This document shows, in pieces, positions 24,944 to 36,800 of a stretch of 64,000 nucleotides of DNA (positions within the stretch are counted from its first letter, which is position 1; every line of letters begins with the position of its first letter). A program made the translations under genes and the position numbers. Under the pieces are notes generated by a model, which was given only the letters and a program-made list of their open reading frames with translations, was not told the origin of the DNA and did not search any database. The stretch spans positions 5,332,001 to 5,396,000 of the forward strand of contig JASTWF010000034.1 of NCBI GenBank assembly GCA_030390025.1, written 5' to 3'. Origin of the DNA: Squalus acanthias (Eukaryota).

Positions 24944-26074
24944 AAGAATATCAGAAAATAAGAAAAAGGAGCAGGAGCAGACCATTCTGCCCCTCGAGCC
25001 TGCTCCGCCATTTAATGAGATCATGGCTAATCCGATTTTGGCCTCAACTCCACTTTCCTGCCTGCTCCCCATAACCTTTGACACCCCTGATGCTCAAAAA
25101 TGTTTCTATCTCAGCCTTGAATATATTCCACAGCTCTCTGGGGTAAAGAATTACAAAGTTTCACGAGCCTCTGAGAGAAGACATTATTCCTTATCTCCAT
25201 CTTAAATGAGTGACCCCTTATTCTGAGACTATGTCCCTTTGCTCCAGATTCCCCCACGAGGAGAAACATCCTCTCAGCATCTACCCTGTCCAGACCCTCA
25301 GAATCTTATATGTTTCAATAACATCACCGCTCATTCTTCTAAACTCCAATGACAATAGGCCCAACCTGCTTAAACTTGCCTCATAAGACAACCTTTCCAT
25401 CCCAAGAATCAACCTCGTGAATGATCTTTGAACTGCCTCCAGTGCAAGTATATCCCTCCTTAAATAAGAAGACCAAAACTGTACGCAATACTCTAGGTGT
25501 GTCTCACCCGCGCCCTGTACAGTTGTAGCAAGACGTCCCTAATTTTATACTCCATCCCCCTTGAAATAAAGGTCAACATGCCATTTTCCTTCCTAATTAC
25601 TTGCTGTTCCTGCATGTTAACTTTTTGTGTTTCATGTACGAGGATACCCAAATCCCTCTGTACCGCCGCATTCTGAAGTCTTTATCCATTTAAATAATAT
25701 TTTTATTTTTCTATTCTTCCTACCAAAGTGGATAACTTCACATTTTCCCACATTATAATGCTTCTCCCAAAATCTTGCCCGCTCACTTAAACTATCTAAA
25801 TCCCTTTGCAGACTCTTTATGTTTACCTCACAAATTGCTTTCCCAGGTATCTTTGTATTGTCTGCAAATTTGGCTACAATACACTCGCTTCCTTCATCCA
25901 AATCATTAATATAGATTGGAAATAGTTGAGGCAACAGCACTGATACTGTGGCACCCCACTAGTTGCAGATTGCCATCCTGAAAATGACCCATTTATCCTG
26001 ACTCTCTGTTTTCTGTTAGTTAGCCAATTCTCTATTCAATATCATATATTAGCACCAACACCATGAGCTCTTAT
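24944..26074 (-). mobile_element. 5'-truncated CR1-clade LINE, unit 3
   Basis: YINDLDEG...KFADNTK; same boundaries as units 1-2. Confidence 0.92.
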
Positions 26075-26170
26075 TAGATTTGTTGCCTTAGCTGCTGGTC
26101 ACTTGTTCATTTTTTGTTCCTGTGTCAGATTAAATGTCTTGGGTTTGGTCAGTCTCCGCCACTGGTTGAG

Positions 26171-26244
26171 GCCTGCCTCGGTAAATCGCAGGAACATGAA
26201 TCACTTAATTTCAGAGTCGTGGGTTTTAAACCCCCTGTTGGTCT
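26171..26244 (+). pseudogene. tRNA-Lys-like pseudogene, copy 4
   Basis: Homologous to copy 3; same position within the unit. Confidence 0.6.
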
Positions 26245-28304
26245 GTTTGAGCTTTGAGTCTTTCGGGTGATTTCACAGACGATCCCCAGATCCAAATTCC
26301 TGGGCAAAGAATTCAAGGTGTGTTTAATATAAATGAGATTCAACAACAGTATCAGGAAATCTCTCCCTGAGTCGGGACTATCGCTCGAAACTCGCTGCTA
26401 ACGATTGAACTTTCTTTCAATTCACCCGCAGCTCGGAATTAGTGCGGCTCACTGGGACTTCTGGCTGTCTCTCCCATCACAACCTATCGGTGCCGAGAAA
26501 ACAACTGAGAATTTGTACCGTGTACAGTTTTGTTCTCCTTACCTAAGGTAGGATATACTTTCTTTAGAGAGGATGCAACGAAGTTTCACTAGAGTGATTC
26601 CTGGGACGAGAGCGCTGTCCCATGAGCAGGGATTGAGTAAAATGGGGTTATATTCTCAGGTGTTTTGGAGATTGAGATGCAAACTCATTGAAACGTATGA
26701 AATTGTAGATTGCTTGAACATTCTAATTCAGAGGCAAGTGAGCTCCCAGCTGAGGCACGGCATACAGTTGGTGCTTCAGACTACCTTTAAGTCAGTGGTG
26801 CAACTCGAAACTCAGAATGGCCAATTATTCTGCGTTGGGAGACGGAGAGGTTCATTACATGTTTATGTCATCCTTGATGTTTTCCTTATCCTCTTGATGC
26901 TCTCCTCCCCGTCTGCCGATTTGCTTGACTGTCTCGTGGGGTGTGGTCTCTTTGTCACCTCAGAATGACTGCTCTGATACCATTCCTGCTGACAAAAACA
27001 AGCTTTCCAGTCACTTTCAATTATCTCTCCCCCACGGTCACACAGACTGACGCGACCAGACAGCGCCTGCTGTTGACAGCCGTTCCCCACAGTCTCTCGA
27101 GGCCTCGTTACCTCTAGCTTTCCAGACAGCCTGAATCACACTTTGGGAACTTGGTCAGGCTTCCCAGCATGCCTTCTTGAACAGTCAGTTTAACATTTCT
27201 TTGTTGGAATTAATACTTTTAGCCAAACTTAGCTCCTTTAGCAGTTCAGTAATCCAGGTAATTCTTTGGTATCCTTAAAAGCGGTATTGAAATGTCCAAA
27301 ATCCTTCTAGTGGACGCGGATTGAAGAATATAAAAAATTACAAGCATCGAGTCCAACACTGACCAGATCCACTGCGAACAAGTTTCAAACCTGCGCGGGT
27401 GAAACACAGACATCGCCCAACAGTTTCATAATTAAATCACCGAACCTGCACTGCTTGTTAAATCTCTGCAATGAATATTGGGCTCCGTTCCTGATGTTCA
27501 ATTTGCTGAAAATTCATCTAATCGAAAAGAATTGCAGGAATCATTAAGATAATCTAAACCCCTCCGATATTTAACGGTTGTATAACATGTTTAGAAAAGT
27601 TGTAAACCCACGTTGCATTTTATTCATCGTCTTTGCGATGTGATTTCCATTACTGCGATTGGTGGTACCTCATTAAGCCACAGGTACACAGTGGAGAAAC
27701 TATTTCCCTGTTCTGTATTACCTGACACTGAGCTGGCACTGTTCCAGCAGAAAGGGCACTCCCTGCAGTTCACTTAGTCATGGGTTTAAATCTTTGTCCA
27801 TTTTTCGCATTAATGAAGACTGAGGATTAGACAAGTTCATAGTCCTCCAGACATTACTAATAAAAAGCAGTATTTTGAGAAGAGGAACTTTTTGCCCACT
27901 GCTGGGAATCGAATCTTCATGACTGAGACTGACTCCCGCAGGTAAACAGGTCAGTTGTCCTGTCTTCGTGTGGTCAACATCTCTTAGAGTTGTCCAATCA
28001 GGGAGTTTGATGATTGAAGTGATGTTGATTGGATTATTGAATTGCTCTGCGTGTTCATCTTCAATATCTCTATTTTAATATATTCTGCTCTATTATAACC
28101 ATGAGTGGAAATAAAGTCTCACGCTGCTGTGCCCACCTGACCGGCACTAATGGGATAATGTAACCCGATATCTCAGTTCAGGTTTCCTTTGTGTGCAAAT
28201 CAGGCTTCCAGTCAAGCGAGCAACAGCTGTTCCAACAACAACAGAACTCACGGTTTCTCACAGTAAATGCAAGCAGATTTGTTCGTTATTAGGATTCACG
28301 ATGA

Positions 28305-28621
28305 GGGCAACACGGTGGCATAGTGGTTAGCACTGTTGCCTCACAGCGGCAGGGACCCTGGTTCGAATCCGGCCTCGGGTGACTGTCTGTGTGGAGTTTG
28401 CACATTCTCCCTGTGTCTGCGTGGGTTTCCTCCGGGTGCTCCGGTGTCCTCCCACAGTCCAAAGATGTGCGGGTTAGGTTGATTTGGCTATGATAAATTG
28501 ACCCTTAGTGTTAGGGGGGATTAAATACGTGGGGTTACGGGGATAGGGTGGGATATGTGTCGGTGCAGGCTCGATGGGCCGAAATGGCCTCTATCTGCAC
28601 TGTGGGGATTCTGTGATTCTA
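28305..28621 (+). mobile_element. HE1-type SINE (V-SINE superfamily), full length
   Basis: tRNA-like head with A box (TGGCATAGTGG) and B box (GGTTCGAATCC); V-domain CTGTGTGGAGTTTGCACATTCTCCC...GGGTTTCCTCCGGGTGCTCCGG..TCCTCCCACAGTCCAAAGA; LINE-derived tail GATGGGCCGAAATGGCC...GATTCTGTGATTCT; absent from units 1-3. Confidence 0.9.
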
Positions 28622-28962
28622 CCTTACGCCGTCAACCTATGTGGTCAGTGAGTATTTCTGGACAGTTCCTAACTGTGTAAATATGTATCCCACGGTATGA
28701 CCGCTTCTCTCCAGCCTTTTGAGGTTTCAGCCCCATTGTTCTGAGCTGCTTCTTACACAGGCGGCTGTTTACTGAGCTCAGTGCTGAAACAGTTGTGCTT
28801 TTACCTTTTACTATTTATTCCACGTGATCGCTTTATTCAGACAAGAATATTCTTCGAAACTCCAACATCAGTAATGTAACTGGCTTAATGATTGCATCCC
28901 ACATTTAATGATTTCTGAATCAGCCCGAGCGCTGGCATCATTTTTGGGTGATGGGTAACTTT

Positions 28963-29079
28963 AAGAACATAAGAACATAAGAAATAGGCGCAGGAGCACG
29001 CCATTCGGCCCCTCGAGCCTGCTCCGCCATTTAATCCGATCATGGCTAATCCGATTTTCGCTTCAACTCCACATTCCTG
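28963..29079 (-). mobile_element. 3' terminus of the same CR1 LINE, unit 4, cut off by the 42-bp satellite
   Basis: AAGAACATAAGAACATAAGAAATAGG...GCCATTCGGCCCCTCGAGCCTGCTCCGCC, followed by an abrupt switch to satellite. Confidence 0.85.
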
Positions 29080-29080
29080 A

Positions 29081-32000
29081 CGATCACAGACTGGGGGTTT
29101 GACTGTTCCCGGGGGTGTGTCTGATCACAGAGCCGGGGGTACGACTGGGCCCGGGGGGTGTGTCCGATCACAGACCCGGGGTTTGACTGGTCCCGGGGGT
29201 GTGTCTGATCTCAGAGCCGGGGGTTTGACTGGTCCCAGAGGGTGTGTCCGATCACAGACCCGGGGGTTTGACTGGTCCCGGGGGTGTGTCCGATCACAGA
29301 CCCGGGGGTTTGACTGGTCCCAGGGGTGTGTCTGATCATGGACCCGGGGGTTTGACTGGTCCCGGAGGGTGTGTCCGATCACAGAGCCGGGTGTTTGACT
29401 GGTCCCGGGGGTGTGTCTGATCACAGAGCCAGGGGTTTGACTGGTCCCGGAGGGTGTGTCCGATCACAGAGTCGGGGGTTTGACTGGTCCCGGGGGTGTG
29501 TCCGATCACAGAGCCGGTGGTTTGACTGGTCCCGGGGGGGTGTCTGATCACAGAGCCGGGGGTTTGACTGGTCCCCGGGGGGGTGTTTGATCACAGACCC
29601 AGGGGTATGACTTGCCCTGGGGGTGTGTCCGATCACAGACCCAGGGGTTTGACTGGTCCCAGGGGGATGTTTGATCACAGAGCCGGGGGTTTGACTGGTC
29701 CTGGGGGTGTGTCCGACACAGACCCAGGGGTTTGACTGGTCCCGGGGGTGTGTCCGATCACAGAGCCGGGGGTTTAACTGGTCGCGGGGCTGTGTCTGAT
29801 CACAGAACCGGGGGTTTGACTGGTCCCGGGGGTGTGTCTGATCACAGAGCCGGGGGTTTGACTGGTCACGGGGGGTGTGTCCATTCATAGACCCGGGGGC
29901 TTGACTGGTCCCGGGGGTGTGTCTGATCACAGAGCCGAGGGTTTGACTGGTCCCGGGGGTGTGTTTGATCACAGAGCCGGGGGATTGACTGGTCCCGGGG
30001 GTGTGTCCAGTCACCGACCCGGGGGTTTGACTGGTCCCGGGGGTGTGTTTGATCACAGAGCCGGGAGTTTGACTGGTCCTGGGGCCGTGTCTCATCACAG
30101 AGCCGGGGGTTTGACTGGTCCTTGGGGTGTGTCTGATCACAGAGCCGGTGATTTGACTGGTCCCGGGGGGTGTGTCCGATCACAGAGCCGGGGGTTTGAC
30201 TGGGCCCGGGGGGTGTGTCTGATCACAGAGCCGGGGGTTTGTCTGGTCCCGGGGGGTGTGTCCGATCACAGACCCAGGGGTTTGACTGGTCCCGGGGGTA
30301 TGTCCGATCACAGAGCCGGGGGTTTGACTGGTCCTGGGAGTGTGTCCAATCACAGAGCCAGGGGTTTGACTGTTCCTGGGGTGTGTCCGATCACAGAGCC
30401 GTTGGTTTCACTGGTCCCGGAGGGTGTGTCTGATCACGGAGCCAGGGGGTTTGACTGGTCCCGGGGGTGTGTCCGATCACAGAGCCAGGGGTTTGACTGG
30501 TCCTGGGGGTGTGTCCGATCACAGAGCCGGCGGTTTGACTGGTCCCGGAGGTGTGTCCGATCACAGAGCCGGGGGATTGACTGGTCCCGGGGGTGTGTCC
30601 GATCACAGACCCGGGGGTTTGACTGGTCCCAGGGGTGTGTCTGATCACGGAGCCGGGGGTTTGACTGGTCCTGGAGGATGTGTCCGATCACAGAGCCGGG
30701 GGTTTGACTGGTCCCGGGGGTGTGTCTGATCACAGACCCTGGGGTTTGACTGGTCCCGGGGGTGTGTCCGATCACAGACCCGGGGGTTTGACTGGTCCCA
30801 GGGGTGTGTCTGATCACGGAGCCGGGGGTTTGACTGGTCCCGGAGGGTGTGTCCGATCACAGAGCCGGGGGTTTTACTGGTCTCGGGGGTGTGTCTGAGC
30901 ACTGAGCCGGGGGTTTGACTGGTCCCGGAGGGTGTGTCCGATCTCAGAGTCGGGGGTTTGACTGGTCCCGGGGGTGTGTCCGATCACAGAGCCGGTGGTT
31001 TGACTGTTCCCGGGGGTGTGCCTGATCACAGAGCCGGGGGTTTGACTGGTCCCGGGGGGGTGTCTGATCACAGAGCCGGGGGTTTGACTGGTCCCCGGGG
31101 GGGTGTTTGATCACAGAGACGGGGGTTTGACTGGTCCCCGGGGGGGTGTTTGATCACAGACCCGGGGGTATGACTTGCCCTGGGGGTGTGTCCGATCACA
31201 GACCCAGGGGTTTGACTGGTCCCAGGGGGATGTTTGATCACAGAGCCAGGGGTTTGACTGGTCCTGGGGGTGTGTCCGACACAGACTCAGGGTTTGTCTG
31301 GTCCCAGGGGTGTGTCCGATAACAGAGCCGGGGGTTTAACTGGTCGCGGGGCTGTGTCTGATCACAGAACCGGGGCTTCGACTGGTCCGGGGGTGTGTCT
31401 GATCACAGAACCGGGGGTTTGACTGGTCCCGGGGGTGTTTCTGATCACAGAGCCGGGGGTTTGACTGGTCCCGGGGGTGTGTCTGATCACAGACACAGGG
31501 GTATGACTTGGCCTGGGAGTGCGTCCGATCACAGACCCAGGGGTTTGACTGGTCCCAGGGGGTGATTGATCACAGAGCCGGGGGTTTAACTGGTCCTCGG
31601 GGTGTGTCCGACACAGACCCAGGGGTTTGACTGGTCCCGGGGGTGTGTCCGATAACAGAGCCGAGCTTTTGTCTGGTCCCAGGGGTGTGTCCGATCACAG
31701 AGCCGGAGGTTTAACTGGTCCTGGCGCCGTGTCTCATCACAGAGCCGGGGGTTTGACTGGTCCTTGGGGTGTGTCTGAACAGAGAGCCGATGGTTTGACT
31801 GGTCCCGGGGGGTGTGTCCGATCACAGAGCCGGGGGTTTGACTGGGCCCGGGGGGTGTGTCTGATCACAGAGCCGGGCGTTTGTCTGGTCCCGGGGGCTG
31901 TGTCCGATCACAGACCCAGGGGTTTGACTGGTCCTGGGAGTGTGTCCAATCACAGAGCCAGGGGTTTGAGTGGTCCTGGGGTGTGTCTGATCACAGAGCC

Positions 32001-33328
32001 GGGGGGTTTTCTGGTCCCGGGGGTGTGTCTGATCACAAAGCCGGGGGTTGACTCGTCCCGGGGGTGTGTCTGATCACAAAGCCGGGGGTTGACTCGTCCC
32101 GGGGGTGTGTCTGATCACAGAGCCAGGGGTTTGACTGGTCCTGGGGGTGTGTCCGATCACAGAGCCGGGGGTTTGACTGGTCCCGGGGGTGTGTCCGATC
32201 ACAGAGCCGGGGGTTTGACTGGTCCCGGGGGTGTGTCCGATCACAGAGCCGGGGTTTCACTGGTCCTGGGGTTAAAGTCCGATCACAGACCCGGGTGTTT
32301 GACTGGTCCCGGGGGTGTGTCCGATCACAGAGCCGGGGGTTTGACTCGTCCGGGAGGTGTGTCTGATCACAGACCCGGGGGTTTGACTGGTCCTGGGTTT
32401 GTGTCGGATCACAGACCCGGGGGTTTGACTGGTCCCGGGGGTATGTCCGATCACAGAGCAGGGGGTTTGACTGGTCCCGGGGGTGTGTCCGATCACAGAG
32501 CCGGGGGTTTGTCTGGTCTTGGGGGTGTGTTTGATCACTAAGCCTAGGGTTTGACTGGTCCTGGGGGTGTGTCTGATCACAGGCCCAGGGGTTTGACTGG
32601 TCCTGGGGGTGTGTCCGATCACAGACCCTGGGGTTTGACTTGACCTGGGGGTGTGTTTGATCACAGAACCGGGGGTTTGACTGTTCCCGGGCGTGTGTCT
32701 GATCACAGAGCCGGGGGTTTGACGGGTCCTGGGTGTGTGTCCAATCACAGAGCCCGGGGTTTGACGGGTCCTGGGGGTGTGTCTGATCACAGAGCCGGGG
32801 GTTTGACTGGTCCCGGGCTTGTTTCTGATCACACACCCAGGGGTTTGTCTGGTCCCGGGGCTGTGTCTGATCACAGAGCCGATGGTTTGACTGGTCCCGG
32901 GGCCGTGTCCGATAACAGACCCAGTGGTTTGACTGGTCCCGGGGGTGTGTCCGGTCACAGAGTCGGGGGTTTGTCTGGTCCCGGGGGTGTGTCTGATCAC
33001 AGAGGCGAGGATTTGACTGGTCCCGGGGCCGTGTCCGATCAGAGACCCAGTGGTTTGACTGGTCACGGTGGTGTGTCCGATCACAGAGCCGGGGGTTTGA
33101 CTGGTCCCGGGGCCGTGTCCGATCACAGAGCCGCGAGTTTGACTGCTCCCGGGGGTGTGTTTGATCACAGAGCCGGGGTTTTTGACTGGTCCCGGGGTGT
33201 GTTTGATCACAGAACCGGAGGTTTGACTGGTCGCGGGGCTGTGTCCGAGCACAGAGACGGTGGTTTGACTGGTCCCGGGGGTGTGTCTGATCACAGAGCC
33301 GGGGGTTTGACTGGTCCTGGCAGTGTGT
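29081..33328 (-). repeat. 42-bp satellite array A (~100 units); reverse complement of array C
   Basis: Unit GATCACAGAGCCGGGGGTTTGACTGGTCCCGGGGGTGTGTCY on the + strand. Confidence 0.97.
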
Positions 33329-33828
33329 NNNNNNNNNNNNNNNNNNNNNNNNNNNNNNNNNNNNNNNNNNNNNNNNNNNNNNNNNNNNNNNNNNNNNNNN
33401 NNNNNNNNNNNNNNNNNNNNNNNNNNNNNNNNNNNNNNNNNNNNNNNNNNNNNNNNNNNNNNNNNNNNNNNNNNNNNNNNNNNNNNNNNNNNNNNNNNNN
33501 NNNNNNNNNNNNNNNNNNNNNNNNNNNNNNNNNNNNNNNNNNNNNNNNNNNNNNNNNNNNNNNNNNNNNNNNNNNNNNNNNNNNNNNNNNNNNNNNNNNN
33601 NNNNNNNNNNNNNNNNNNNNNNNNNNNNNNNNNNNNNNNNNNNNNNNNNNNNNNNNNNNNNNNNNNNNNNNNNNNNNNNNNNNNNNNNNNNNNNNNNNNN
33701 NNNNNNNNNNNNNNNNNNNNNNNNNNNNNNNNNNNNNNNNNNNNNNNNNNNNNNNNNNNNNNNNNNNNNNNNNNNNNNNNNNNNNNNNNNNNNNNNNNNN
33801 NNNNNNNNNNNNNNNNNNNNNNNNNNNN
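33329..33828. other. Assembly gap (500 N)
   Basis: Exactly 500 N; the round size suggests an unsized scaffolding join. Confidence 0.99.
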
Positions 33829-36800
33829 CAACGCCCGAGTCCATGATCGGACACACCACGGGGACATGTCAAACTCCCGAATCCATGATCGGACACACCA
33901 CGGGGACTGGTCCAACGCCCGAGTCCATGATCTGAGACATCCCGGGAACTGGTCAAACAGCCGAGTCCATGATCGGACACACCCCGGGGACTGGTCAAAC
34001 GCCCAAGTTCTTGATCGGACACATAGCGGGGACTGGTCAAACGCCCGAGTCCATGATCAGTAACACCCCGGGGTCTGGTCAAACTCCCGAGTTCATGATC
34101 GGTAACACAGCGGGGACAGGTCAAACGCCCGAGTCCATGATCGGACACACCCTGGGGACTGGTGAAACGCCCGAGTCCTGATCGGTCACAGCCCCGGGGA
34201 CTGGTCAAATGCCCGAGTCCATGATCAGACACACCCCGGGGACTGGTGAAACGCCCGAGTCCATGATCAGACACAGCCCGGGGACTGGGCAAACGCCCGA
34301 GTCCATGATCGGACACAACCCAGGCACAGATCAAACAGCCGAGTCCATGATCGGACACACCCAGGGGACTGGTCAAACAGCCGAGTCCATGATTGGACAC
34401 ACCCCGGGGACTGTTCAAACACCCGAGACCATGATCGGACACACCCGGGGGACTGTTTAAACGCCCGAGTCCATGATCGGACACAGCCCTGGGGACTGTT
34501 CAAATGCCCAAGTCCATGATCGGACACACTCCGGGGACTGGTCAAACGCCCGAGTCCATGATCGGACACAGCTCCGGGGACTGGTCAAACGCCCGAGGCC
34601 ATGATCGGCCATACCCTGGAGACTGGTCAAACAGCTGAGTCCATCATCGGACTCAACCCGGGGACTGGTCAAACGCCCGAGTCCATGATCGGTCACACCG
34701 CGGGGACTGGTCAATCGCCCGAGTCCATAATCGGATACACACTGGGGACTGGACAAACGACGAGTCCATGATCGGACACAGCCCCGGGGACTGGTCAAAC
34801 GCCCGACTCCATGATCGGACACACACTGGGGACTGGACAGATGTCCGAGTCCATGATTGGACACACCCAGGGGACTGGTCAAACACCCGAGTCCATGATT
34901 GGACACACCCTGTGGACTGGTCAAACAGCCGAGTCCATGATTGGACACACCCCGGGGTCTGGTCAAATACCCGAGTCCATGATCGGACACACCCTGGGGA
35001 CTGATCAAACAGCCGAGTCCATGATCGGACACACCCCGGGGTCTGGTCAAATGCCCGAGTCGATTATCGGACACAGCCCCGGGGACTGGTCAAACGCCCG
35101 AGTCCATGATCGGACACAGCCCGGGGACTGTTCAAACACCCGAGTACATGATCGGACACAGCCCCGGGGACTGGTCAAATGCTCGAGTCCATGATCAGAC
35201 ACAGCCCCAGGGACTGGTGATACGCCCGAGTCCATGATCGGACACAGCCCGGGGTCCGGTCAAATGCCCGAGTCCATGATCGGGCACAGTCCCAGGGACT
35301 GGTCAAACGCCTGAGTTCATGATCGGACACACCCTGTGGACTGGCCAAACAGCCGAGTCCATGATCGGACACACCCCGGGGTCTGGTCAAATACCCGAGT
35401 CCATGATCGGACACACCCCGGGGACTCGTCAAACAGTTGAGTCCATGATTGGACACATCCCGGGGACTGGTCGAACGCCCGAGTCCATGATCAGACACAG
35501 CCCAAGGAATGGTGAAACGCCGTAGTCCATGATCGGACACACCCCGCGGACTGGTCAATCGCCCGAGTCCATGATCGGACACACCACGGGGACTGGTCAA
35601 ATGCCCGAGTCCATGATCGGACACACCACGGGGACTGGTCCAACGCCCGAGTCCATGATCGGTCACACCACGGGGACATGTCAAACTCCCGAATCCATGA
35701 TCGGACACACCACAGGGACTGGTCCAACGCCCGAGTCCATGATCGGACACACCACGGGGACATGTCAAACTCCCGAATCCATGATCGGACACACCACGGG
35801 GACTGGTCCAACGCCCGAGTCCATGATCTGACACATCCCGGGAACTGGTCAAACAGCCGAGTCCATGATCGGACACACCCCGGGGACTGGTCAAACGCCC
35901 AAGTTCTTGATCGGACACATAGCGGGGACTGGTCAAACGCCCGAGTCCATGATCAGTAACACCCCGGGGTCTGGTCAAACTCCCGAGTTCATGATCGGTA
36001 ACACAGCGGGGACAGGTCAAACGCCCGAGTCCATGATCGGACACACCCTGGGGACTGGTGAAACGCCCGAGTCCTGATCGGTCACAGCCCCGGGGACTGG
36101 TCAAATGCCCGAGTCCATGATCAGACACACCCCGGGGACTGGTGAAACGCCCGAGTCCATGATCAGACACAGCCCGGGGACTGGGCAAACGCCCGAGTCC
36201 ATGATCGGACACAACCCAGGCACAGATCAAACAGCCGAGTCCATGATCGGACACACCCAGGGGACTGGTCAAACAGCCGAGTCCATGATTGGACACACCC
36301 CGGGGACTGTTCAAACACCCGAGACCATGATCGGACACACCCGGGGGACTGTTTAAACGCCCGAGTCCATGATCGGACACAGCCCTGGGGACTGTTCAAA
36401 TGCCCGAGTCCATGATCGGACACACTCCGGGGACTGGTCAAACGCCCGAGTCCATGATCGGACACAGCTCCGGGGACTGGTCAAACGCCCGAGGCCATGA
36501 TCGGCCATACCCTGGAGACTGGTCAAACAGCTGAGTCCATCATCGGACTCAACCCGGGGACTGGTCAAACGCCCGAGTCCATGATCGGTCACACCGCGGG
36601 GACTGGTCAATCGCCCGAGTCCATAATCGGATACACACTGGGGACTGGACATACGACCGAGTCCATGATCGGACACAGCCCCGGGGACTGGTCAAACGCC
36701 CGACTCCATGATCGGACACACACTGGGGACTGGACAGATGTCCGAGTCCATGATTGGACACACCCAGGGGACTGGTCAAACACCCGAGTCCATGATTGGA

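Larger units (their letters stand above)
14850..29080. repeat. Second macrosatellite: 4 diverged tandem units of ~3.6-3.9 kb (last unit truncated)
   Basis: Shared anchors: tRNA-like sequence at 14859/18717/22278/26171; CACAGTGGAGAAACTATTTCCC at ~15422/20087/23978/27687; GTGGAAATAAAGTCTC at ~15841/20491/24397/28105; minus-strand LINE at the same position in each unit. Confidence 0.9.

Noticed and set aside
32033..34484. ORFs of 246-608 aa spanning the gap
   Set aside because: They read through 500 N and are not real.
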